This document shows positions 28,601 to 36,134 of a DNA stretch of 40,387 nucleotides, one piece after another. A program made the translations under genes and the position numbers. The notes beneath the pieces were generated by a model. The model worked only from the letters and a program-made list of their open reading frames with translations, had not been told where the DNA came from and did no database searches. Each line of letters opens with the position of its first letter. The stretch's first letter is position 1. The stretch is from a virus (Duplodnaviria; Caudoviricetes), in IMG/VR virus record IMGVR_UViG_3300011423_000016, positions 1 through 40,387 of that record; one strand, 5' to 3'.

Positions 28601-31600
28601 GGTGCGGTACAAGACAGGCCAGAAGGCTGGACAACTCTACGAGCGGGTCATTCCGAACGCCGCAGGCGTAGCGATTTCGTGGGGCAATTCGAAGCACGAG
28701 ATTCGTATCGCCGTCGGACAACATAAGACGCAGGCCAATCTGTGGGCCACGATGGTTCATGAGTTGGGACACATTATTGATAAGACCTCGTATCAACAAG
28801 CACCACTGGCGGTACGTCAGGCCGTCGATGCGGCGTTCGACAAGTACCTAGCATCGTTAGGTCCGACGCCGACCGTCGGTGATATGATTCGCGGGCGACA
28901 GAATTACATCAACATTCTGGATGATCCGGCGTGGAGCATCCACAATACCATCCCGATGACACAGCTCTCGCCCAGTCAGCAAGCGTACCACCTTAGCAAA
29001 TCCGAGTGGTTTGCCGAGCAGGTCGCTAAGTGGGGTACGAGCAAGGTCAAACCGCTGTCGACCGTCGAGAAGTTCTTCAAAGGCGTCGGGCGGAAGATGC
29101 TCGAAATGTTCAATATAGCGGTGGTGAAGTATCAGTTGCCTGCCGCCAGCGGCGTCGAGGCACTTCATGAGTGGCTCGATACGCAGATCGAGGGCGACCC
29201 GACGTTCTATCAGGATGTCATGGCCGAGACGCAGAACGAGGGGACCGTGGCGAACGCCGGACAGATGGAGCCGGAAGATACTCCAGCGCCGCAACAGCCC
29301 GAGACGCTCGGCGGAATGGACGGCATCAACGGCATCTTCAATGGCAATCCGCCGCCGGACGTACGGCAGGGACGTGCCTACGCGGATCGCTTCACGTGGC
29401 TTCATAAGTGGATGATGGGCGTCCATCAGGTAGCGGAACAGAATCCCCACATAGCGCCGTTGGCGGAGTATGTCGAGACGCTGCGCGTAGCGTCGCAGAT
29501 CAAACAACAGATTATGATTCGCGCGCAGGAGGTTTGGCGTAAGTGGAACGCCCTCGGGGATAAGGAGGGAGACGCCGTCGCACGGATGCTGGACGCCGTG
29601 CAGAATATGGTCTATCGAACGGCTGCGGAGATCGCGGCTAAGACGGCGCGGTTGCCCACAGCACAAGAGCTTGCTACGCTCGCCAATCAATTTGGTGTCT
29701 CGATGGCACCCGGTCGTGGCTTCGAGGCATTCTTGGAAATCACTAAGACATTTCAAGAACACCTCCAGCGTATCGAAGCGATGTTGCGCGCCGAGAACAA
29801 TAAGGTCTTCGATCCGCAGCAGCGGGCGCAGAATGACGCAGTCATCACGCAGCAAATGACGGCGCTGCGGAATAAACCGTACTTCCCGGCGCTACGGTTC
29901 GGCAACTACACGATCACGATTCGTGACGCAGCGGGCAAAGTTACGCACTTCGAGACGTTCGAGACGCAGCGGACGCGGAACCGCGCAGTCGATGCGATCA
30001 TCAAGCAGCATGGCGTTCCGCGCGACACGATAGAAACGGGATTCTTGGACAAGCAGGCACGACCGTTGCTCGGCGTTCCGACGCAGTTGTTGGACCTGAT
30101 GAATAGCAAACTCGGTCTGTCGAAACTCCAGCGGGACTTGTTGGAGCAATTGAAATTCGAACTAGCGCCGGCTCAGTCGTTCCAGCATCGGTTCCAGAAC
30201 AAGAAGCACACGGCTGGCTACTCGATGGACTTTAAGCGGGCCTACGCTACGTACTTCTTCCACGGGGCGAACCACCTCGTCAAATCCATGTTCGCCGATA
30301 GGCTGACGGAGTTGTCCGACGCCACGATGGCGGACCTCACGCCGGAGCCGGGTGCGGTATTCGATAAGACGAAGCGTGAGAAGATCGTCGCATACATGCG
30401 GAACCATACAGAGGAGTGGCTGAATCCGAAGCCGGACTGGTCGGCGCTACGGAGTGCGGCATTCCTGTGGAGTCTGGCGTTCGTTCCGGCGGCGGCGGCG
30501 CAAAATCTCACACAGACGTTGATGACCTCGTATCCGTTCCTCGCGAGTAAGTTTGGAGACGTCAAGGCTATTGCGTATTTGGCGAACGCCGGTCGTAGTG
30601 TCGAGACCTTCTATAGAAAGGGACGATATGCTAACCAGACGAACTTTGAACTCCGCGCGATCCATAAGGGTATGGAGGCAGGTATCATTAAGGAGACGCA
30701 AGCGCCAGAACTCGCCGGGTACGCCGACGGTGACATCCTCAGCCGAGGCTTCGGGGGCAACAAACTCCAGAGGGGGATTATCAAGTTCAATCAACTTGGC
30801 TCGCTCATGTTTGAGCTGGCTGAACAGGTTAATCGCCGGGTAGTCTTTCGGGCCACGTTGCAGTTAGCGTTAGCCAATCCCGCTGCGCGGTACGTGCAGG
30901 AGTCCATCGTCAAGCACAAGCTAACGTATGACGAGGCTCGCGCCACGATGACGGAGTCGGAGGCTGCTGCGTATGTGACAGCGGTCGATGCGACGATCTC
31001 TACGCAGTTCCAATACGGACGTGAGTACGCCCCGCGTATCTTCCGCGGAAAGGCGCGAGCCGTATTCGTGTTCAAGACGTTCATCCAGAGCTACCTCATG
31101 TATCTGGCGAACTACCCGACGGCGGCGGTTCGGTCGCTGTTGATTCTAGCGTACCTCGGTGGTCTCATGGCTCTACCCGGTGCCGACGACCTGAAAGACA
31201 TTCTGAAACTCATCGGCTATCGGTTGTTCGGAAAAGACTTCGATCTCGAACAGGAAGGGCGGAAGCTCATCATCCAACTCATGGGTGAGGATGAGAATGG
31301 TCGGCAGTGGGCAGAGCTGATACTCCACGGCAGCGGGCGAAAGGGATTCGGACTGCCAGCCGTCATGGACATGATCGGTGGGACGGTCGGCGTGGATCTG
31401 CCGATGCCGACGTTTGATCGGTCGGCGGCGGTCTCCGCCGGGACGATCCTACCTGTCGAACTCAATACGCTGTTTGGTGAGGGACTACAAGGCTCCGACG
31501 CGGCGATTGCCAAGCAGGCACAGAAGGCGTCCGGTGCGGTGTTTGGCGCAGGCTTCAATATCTACAAAGCCCTCATGAATCAGAAGGTCGATTGGGACGA

Positions 31601-32144
31601 CACGAAGCGATGGGAACGAGCAGTCCCTCGCGCCCTCGGCGCGCTGGCTCGGTCGTGGCGGGTCGGCACCGAAGGGGGCGAGAGGCGGGCCGACGGATCA
31701 GTGAGCGTCAAATACGACGTGAACGACACGCAACAGCTCGCAGAGATCATTGGACTCGGAATGGGCTACATGCCGTATCGGCAGACGCTCCAGCGAGAGA
31801 TCGACAACGCGCAGTACGATGCGATCAAGACGTGGGACATTCGGCGGGAGTCGATCATGCGTCAGACGGCTAACGCCATACTCGGCAAGGATCAGAAGGA
31901 AGTTGACTCCAGCATAGAGGCGTTGATAAAGTTCAACAACTCGCTACCGGACTACGCCAAGGCGAAGTCGATTGATGCAGCAGCACTGAAGGCGAGTGTG
32001 GAGGCCAGAGCGACGGGGCGCGCCACTCGCGAGGCGGGATTGTCGACCAAGAAGGGCGATATACCGATCATGCAGGAAGTGGAGAAACTTTACCCGGAGT
32101 CCCAACGTGTCATGCGGAAGGTCAAGTCGAGCCTCACGCCGTAG
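25650..32144 (+). CDS. Large polyvalent internal virion protein (2164 aa) with zincin HExxH and PLxRFG-like motifs
   Basis: Gly-rich hydrophobic segments, EELQSD-containing domain, VHELGH...EWFAE, YFPALRFG; last gene of the structural arm. Confidence 0.8.
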   Translation: MPRLEPVDYDPFAAKPPPRLEPVDYDPFTAQPQSTAPVPSGQESVPLPRPRPAEAPQPPVETVASAPIGAATVLGTDEPMVGPKVPVPDVAPLDDVKPRSKPWALSRGFWTGMTDQNPELAAQTLEGMAHLAPESFKETLMNASKNVNELRSVSPDYKPEAKSMWNVRNRAEALTWAGETIGQGLSSSVPSIALGLAGAAIGGATSGPVGATVGGVGGAAVPSAGLNYGEVYKALKDEKVDPKEAAKWAAAATVPITMLDMASLGPIIGKLGFGAVRQELARGIAKRVAVEIAKGSGREGITEAMQEGIKDATVSMKSDKKFFTPETAMGIIESGVGGALTGGVMSAPAGIPGGKTRTTNVGPDGVPIPEGAGVTPEQIQQQVAAAGVTGLINTPADPPPPGGPMTVNVGGTPTTVQTDPVSPPGTVPPTVVPSEDGVVTTVAVDPGVGVHPTVTSEVGSVPNVEPTAEVKADTIGSAPAEGFYSRVFNYVQEKGPTRATAQRWMAWVRRGEFTQEEVNDLGLNNYLKGIGPREKITKQDVLAHLDQNAITLEEIERRPLSDNERDQKREEIWMNLQGAAQGDPSMVQPLGTTWQYNQEHPVVTQAMAQLNQLDDIANWTQYERWTTPGRREAYVELTMHTPKRITQAVQETIPEPQGEVRYDPHGDPRYPWVAIVNGHEFNRTTREEVAHGELEEGLALARQNNNKGFREFTGSHYGVPGELFTMRVTIRRTKQGQPMAVLEELQSDIQQRAKKVGVLKPNPSYGYVPSLPFKQSWQALGFNRFLMWAAERGIRHVAWASAAEQMRRYPGGTTKEEQIRRRGMEQFYDREMLGMAKKWQKRVGATLGYQEVGGSKYTIQPGRPGGAAFEIIDVNNPGPRPAGIAYSYENAQEFVARNQDPPTMFRALTIPETGIDYIAQGMPTHAKEPVPTQGTVEVETSSGVSPLAIQQAEPLRKALEDMIRQLNVNVPITVKLMGNSVTKPVRYKTGQKAGQLYERVIPNAAGVAISWGNSKHEIRIAVGQHKTQANLWATMVHELGHIIDKTSYQQAPLAVRQAVDAAFDKYLASLGPTPTVGDMIRGRQNYINILDDPAWSIHNTIPMTQLSPSQQAYHLSKSEWFAEQVAKWGTSKVKPLSTVEKFFKGVGRKMLEMFNIAVVKYQLPAASGVEALHEWLDTQIEGDPTFYQDVMAETQNEGTVANAGQMEPEDTPAPQQPETLGGMDGINGIFNGNPPPDVRQGRAYADRFTWLHKWMMGVHQVAEQNPHIAPLAEYVETLRVASQIKQQIMIRAQEVWRKWNALGDKEGDAVARMLDAVQNMVYRTAAEIAAKTARLPTAQELATLANQFGVSMAPGRGFEAFLEITKTFQEHLQRIEAMLRAENNKVFDPQQRAQNDAVITQQMTALRNKPYFPALRFGNYTITIRDAAGKVTHFETFETQRTRNRAVDAIIKQHGVPRDTIETGFLDKQARPLLGVPTQLLDLMNSKLGLSKLQRDLLEQLKFELAPAQSFQHRFQNKKHTAGYSMDFKRAYATYFFHGANHLVKSMFADRLTELSDATMADLTPEPGAVFDKTKREKIVAYMRNHTEEWLNPKPDWSALRSAAFLWSLAFVPAAAAQNLTQTLMTSYPFLASKFGDVKAIAYLANAGRSVETFYRKGRYANQTNFELRAIHKGMEAGIIKETQAPELAGYADGDILSRGFGGNKLQRGIIKFNQLGSLMFELAEQVNRRVVFRATLQLALANPAARYVQESIVKHKLTYDEARATMTESEAAAYVTAVDATISTQFQYGREYAPRIFRGKARAVFVFKTFIQSYLMYLANYPTAAVRSLLILAYLGGLMALPGADDLKDILKLIGYRLFGKDFDLEQEGRKLIIQLMGEDENGRQWAELILHGSGRKGFGLPAVMDMIGGTVGVDLPMPTFDRSAAVSAGTILPVELNTLFGEGLQGSDAAIAKQAQKASGAVFGAGFNIYKALMNQKVDWDDTKRWERAVPRALGALARSWRVGTEGGERRADGSVSVKYDVNDTQQLAEIIGLGMGYMPYRQTLQREIDNAQYDAIKTWDIRRESIMRQTANAILGKDQKEVDSSIEALIKFNNSLPDYAKAKSIDAAALKASVEARATGRATREAGLSTKKGDIPIMQEVEKLYPESQRVMRKVKSSLTP

Positions 32145-33354
32145 CCGCTACGCGGGGAGCGGGGATCGAGAGTCCCCGTCTCATGTTCCGCACTTCGATG
32201 GTCAATACGCCCTGCTCGACCGCGATGCGGAGAGCATTCTTGAAGTCTTTCTCCGTCATGTTATTGCGGAGGAGACTAAACAGCGGTGCTATCTCGATCC
32301 ACTTGTAGGCGCGGACATGCGCCGTCAAGCTGGCTATATGCTTCGATTCGTCGACAACTCCTACCGACTCGAATACTTTCATCATGTCCGGTTCTATACT
32401 CGTGAGCAGCGCGTCGGCCTCGACAAGGTCCCGCTCCTCGATCAGCAGTTTGTCCCGCTGCGCGGCGGCGAGTACGATGGCCAGCTTGTGCATGTGAGTT
32501 TGCTTCCGGGACAAGTAACCGGAGTAACGTTCGCTCGCCATGCCCGAAGGGCGTTCGGTCCACAGCTTGGCGTACCAGTCCTCGCCCCACTTTCGCGCAT
32601 CTCTGGTCAATAAGTAGCTGCCACTCAGGAGGGCCATACGCTTGAGGTCCTCCACCAGCTTGTCCTTTTGCGCGGCGTAGTCGGCTTCGAGGATCATCGC
32701 GTCGGGGTACGCTACGAGGTGGCGTTTCGTGTCAGCGTAGACGAACATGATGCGAGACGTGAGTCCGCCGCCGATCATGGATTCGGGGAAATGCTGAGTG
32801 AGCCATGCTGGCGTGGTACAGCCAAGGAGATTCAGCCAAGGGTTCTTGATTTCGATGTTGCCGCTGACCTTCGTCTTGTGTCCCCACGTTTCGATCTGGC
32901 CGTCCCACATGGCGATGAGGACGTCGATCAGTGCGTGGTCTTCCATCTTGAGGAACGTCCCAAGTTCCGGGATGGCACAGGTGACGGGGGACATAGCTTG
33001 AAGTTGCTCGACTCCACTTGTGTCAATATACTTGACGTATTCCACGGACTGTTCCATGGTCTGAGTGAGGCTTTGCCATGTCATTGATTGTGGGCCGAAG
33101 TGTATTCCATCAACTTTTTCAAGCAGACTAGTGCCAATTCGAATAGTAGTAGATTTATTAGCAACTCCAGGAGGGCCAACAAGGATGATGTAGAAGTTAG
33201 GGGTCCACTGGAAATGGCGCATGTCAATCCAAACGCGGCGACGGAGAGCGCCAGCGATGATACCCACCCCCGTCCAAAAATGAAACGCATCAGGAGACTC
33301 CGAGGCTGAGGTAAACCTCATGTAGGCTTTGAGCCAGTTGGGATGATTGCGCAT
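32134..33354 (-). CDS. DUF3987/YfjI-like P-loop protein (putative replicative helicase)
   Basis: PNFYIILVGPPGVANKST, ELGTFL, NLLGCTTP, GGLTSRIMFV; directly downstream of the polymerase. Confidence 0.75.
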   Translation of the reverse strand: MRNHPNWLKAYMRFTSASESPDAFHFWTGVGIIAGALRRRVWIDMRHFQWTPNFYIILVGPPGVANKSTTIRIGTSLLEKVDGIHFGPQSMTWQSLTQTMEQSVEYVKYIDTSGVEQLQAMSPVTCAIPELGTFLKMEDHALIDVLIAMWDGQIETWGHKTKVSGNIEIKNPWLNLLGCTTPAWLTQHFPESMIGGGLTSRIMFVYADTKRHLVAYPDAMILEADYAAQKDKLVEDLKRMALLSGSYLLTRDARKWGEDWYAKLWTERPSGMASERYSGYLSRKQTHMHKLAIVLAAAQRDKLLIEERDLVEADALLTSIEPDMMKVFESVGVVDESKHIASLTAHVRAYKWIEIAPLFSLLRNNMTEKDFKNALRIAVEQGVLTIEVRNMRRGLSIPAPRVAATA

Positions 33355-33375
33355 TGCGTAGTCCGGTACTAGAGG

Positions 33376-33403
33376 GGGCGGTTAACATCGTTATTAACTG
33401 CCC
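33376..33403. promoter_or_regulatory. Palindrome nearly identical to that at 8227-8256 (terminator or operator)
   Basis: GGGCGGTTAA-CATCGTTA-TTAACTGCCC. Confidence 0.6.
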
Positions 33404-34155
33404 TATTTAACCGTCTCGCATTCGCCCCAACTGCGGGCGGAGCGCGACAGTCCCCACTGAATAGTGAGCGGGCGATCATACGGAACGGGATACGATAGTC
33501 CATCTTTGATTTCTTGTAGCCGATTCGAGTCCGCTTCGCGTACTTGGAACACCAGCGAGTCGTGAACCTGTAACAGCATCTCGACCCACGGACAACGGGC
33601 GACTAGCCCGATTCCGCCTCGAAAACTAACTTCCGCGACAGTCGACTGCGGGACCCACGCCAAGGCTTCTGTGAAGCACGAGTCAATTCTATCGAAATAG
33701 ACTCGTCGGTAGCCGAAACGGTTAGTAACCATCCGGCTGCGTGCGAGATCAGATTCAATTCGCCCATGGAAGTTGGCTTTGATCCCGGGATGTAGACCAA
33801 ACCACCGTCTTTGGAAGCTTTCAGCTTCACGCACAGTCCATCCGAGGACTTTGGCAAGAGTACGTGCCGATCCGCCGTAGTTCGTGGCGTGGACGGCTTG
33901 CTTGACTTCCTTACGGCGTTTGGCCCGAGCCGCATCTCCTCTAGCAAGTCGGGCGTAGGAGTCTCCAAACATGTCTCTGGCGTTTTTGTCGTGGACATCT
34001 AGTCCCTCCCGGAAAGCGTTAATGAGATCTTCGTCTTCAGCTTCGTAGGCTACGACCTGTGCGTCGGCACCGGCGAGGTCCACGTCGAACATCACGTAGC
34101 CCGGATCGGGAATGAACATCTTACGGATGTTCGGCATGGGGGTGGTGGTGCTCAT
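33403..34155 (-). CDS. polA: Family A DNA polymerase, C-terminal palm/fingers part (250 aa)
   Basis: NIRKMF, motif A DLAGAD, motif B RKEVKQAVHATNYG, motif C LQVHDSL; ATG 34155 in an ATGA overlap. Confidence 0.9.
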   Translation of the reverse strand: MSTTTPMPNIRKMFIPDPGYVMFDVDLAGADAQVVAYEAEDEDLINAFREGLDVHDKNARDMFGDSYARLARGDAARAKRRKEVKQAVHATNYGGSARTLAKVLGWTVREAESFQRRWFGLHPGIKANFHGRIESDLARSRMVTNRFGYRRVYFDRIDSCFTEALAWVPQSTVAEVSFRGGIGLVARCPWVEMLLQVHDSLVFQVREADSNRLQEIKDGLSYPVPYDRPLTIQWGLSRSARSWGECETVK

Positions 34156-34343
34156 TGAGGTGGCTCTTTCAACGACGCGAGTGCATCCAAGATTGCTCGC
34201 ACATGATTGCCGGTAGCGCCGCAATAGCCGACGTAGGCTCCCGGCACGTTGATGTCCCACGACTTGATACACTGCCAGACGGCTTCAAACTCAGGCGTCT
34301 GGAGCATTTCGGTTGTTGGGTCGGGCCACTTGTGCGTGCTCAT
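34152..34343 (-). CDS. Hypothetical 63-aa protein inserted between the two polymerase halves
   Basis: GAGG RBS; TAGATG junction upstream and ATGA overlap downstream; globular-looking sequence. Confidence 0.75.
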   Translation of the reverse strand: MSTHKWPDPTTEMLQTPEFEAVWQCIKSWDINVPGAYVGYCGATGNHVRAILDALASLKEPPQ

Positions 34344-36134
34344 CTAGTCCTCGTCTCCCTTTGGGAGGTTCTGCAAATTAGCACCTCGCCCGAAGGCGTT
34401 CTTACTACTCGACCATCGGAACGTTTCAGTCCCCGCCGGATTGAAGGAGCAGCGCATCCTGCGGTCAGGGTCGAGGGGGGCGCGTACAAAATGGGTGATG
34501 AATACACCCACCGATCGCAGGTCGCTAAGGAGATCAAACAAAGGACGCCAAATGGGATAACGTTCACGAAGTTCATTGAGCGCCTCCTTCCCTAGCGTTT
34601 CGGTTTTGTTTTTCCTATGAATGGGTATCTGGATTCCGAGGAACTCGCCGAACACCCACTTGAGTTGTTTCGAACTGGAGAACCATAAGACGGGTTCTTT
34701 CGTTTTGGCCGAACGACCGGGTTCGCCCGCCCACGCTTGAGGAATAATCTTGAGTAGCTCGTTCGCAAGCTCAGTGTATTTCTCCATAAGTTCGAAGCCA
34801 ATGCGATCCCGCAACTTCGCGTCGATCGCTACGCCACGTTTCATCATGTCGAGAGCCAAGTCACGTTTGCGGCGCATCCAGTCCCACTGGTCTGTTAGTC
34901 CGAACTGTCCGATGAGTCCTCGGATTGCGGTGGCGCATTCGAAAGTTCGTACACAATCTTCGGCGTTGTATCGGAAGAGAGTTCCTGGATCTCCGTGACT
35001 AAGATCCCATTCTTTGTGGTCGTCTTTCCAATACCTGTGGTAGCGACAAAAGAGACTCGATAAGTAGTCGAGGGCTTTAGGCGTTCCAGGAAAACAGACG
35101 TGCCATCCGTACATCGTATCGAAATTGGCATAAGGTGTTACTCCCCAATGGTGTGCGATGTACTGCGTGTCGTAGATGAAGTTCTGGCCTTCAAGGTCCA
35201 CGTTAGGGTGCGTCAGTAATCGGAGGAGCCGCGAGACGATTTGCGTTTCCTCCGTCGGTGTCCACCACGAGTCCAACAGGTGCGTCGGTGTATCGACGCG
35301 CCGCACGAACGGGATGGTCATGGCGAAGCGTGGAGAGTCGGCAATGCCAAGACACGTTATGATGCCGCGGTACGTTTCGATGTCTGCTGCAAGTCGAAGA
35401 CTCCCCGCGTCCAGAAGTCGCAACCAGTGGTCGAGCCTGGAGACGCACTGATTGTAGCTTGGCGGGGCAAGTAGTATAGGAGGATCGGCAGGCTGCCAGT
35501 CACCGGCGAGTGCCATTGGAACACGAGCCCGCAGGTCATGCACTGTGATATATCGTTGGGACCATTCTCGGAGAATGGCGGCGGGGTGAATGATGGGCAA
35601 CAACGGGATGGGGTCGAAGAGCGTTCCATGGACAAACTCCTTCGTGTATATCATACTGCCGCGCCAGTTCATGATTCCATTGGGGGCTCTGGCGCCGCCA
35701 CTGTTAGGGACAGGGAAATTACCACTAACGTCCGACAGCGCCCACAACGCATAATTACCTGTCGCGATAATGAGTGATCGGGGGAATGCGCAGATTTGCT
35801 GGTATAAGCGCCGCATTTCTTGCAGCACCACGTCATTCGGATATAGACCGCGGACGTTCGACTCTCCATCGAATAGTCTCCAGAACTCGTTGTCCGGCGG
35901 GCGGATTGACGCAACGTTAGTGAGTAGACAGTCCTTGCGTTCGATACCGGCTTCGAACAGGATACGCGTCAACTCACTGCCGGAGGCGCCAGCAAAGGGC
36001 ATCTTGACCAGTGCCTCCTCGCGCCCCCACGCTTCGCCGACGATGACGATGCGAGCGTCGTGGGGTCCGGCCGTGCCGTACCAGAGGTCCACTTCAGGCG
36101 AGGGCGGAGAGAGTTTCAGTATCGGCAGAGTCAC
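34344..36134 (-). CDS. polA: Family A DNA polymerase, N-terminal part: UDG-like domain, 3'-5' exonuclease and thumb
   Basis: UDG motifs VGEAWG, PFAGASG, TNV...RPPDN, HPAAILR; Exo I DIET, Exo II NFIYD, Exo III YNAED; TFRWSSS...NLQNLP; start GTG 36134 after AAGGA (alternative ATG 36155). Confidence 0.88.
   Translation of the reverse strand: MTLPILKLSPPSPEVDLWYGTAGPHDARIVIVGEAWGREEALVKMPFAGASGSELTRILFEAGIERKDCLLTNVASIRPPDNEFWRLFDGESNVRGLYPNDVVLQEMRRLYQQICAFPRSLIIATGNYALWALSDVSGNFPVPNSGGARAPNGIMNWRGSMIYTKEFVHGTLFDPIPLLPIIHPAAILREWSQRYITVHDLRARVPMALAGDWQPADPPILLAPPSYNQCVSRLDHWLRLLDAGSLRLAADIETYRGIITCLGIADSPRFAMTIPFVRRVDTPTHLLDSWWTPTEETQIVSRLLRLLTHPNVDLEGQNFIYDTQYIAHHWGVTPYANFDTMYGWHVCFPGTPKALDYLSSLFCRYHRYWKDDHKEWDLSHGDPGTLFRYNAEDCVRTFECATAIRGLIGQFGLTDQWDWMRRKRDLALDMMKRGVAIDAKLRDRIGFELMEKYTELANELLKIIPQAWAGEPGRSAKTKEPVLWFSSSKQLKWVFGEFLGIQIPIHRKNKTETLGKEALNELRERYPIWRPLFDLLSDLRSVGVFITHFVRAPLDPDRRMRCSFNPAGTETFRWSSSKNAFGRGANLQNLPKGDED

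Noticed and set aside
27729-29855. Long antisense ORFs (356 aa and 332 aa; likewise 2404-3189, 6808-7635, 16298-17185)
   Set aside because: They are shadow frames of GC-rich genes with clear + strand products, and have no motifs or RBS support.
34156-34272. N-terminal extension of the polymerase C-part given in the ORF track
   Set aside because: It overlaps the 63-aa gene and has no polymerase similarity; ATG 34155 has coupling evidence.
34152-34346. Intron, intein or TAG recoding explaining the split polymerase
   Set aside because: The insert is only about 190 bp and fully coding, with no intein termini or homing nuclease. TAG ends several clear genes (capsid, decoration, polymerase C-part), so genome-wide recoding is unlikely.
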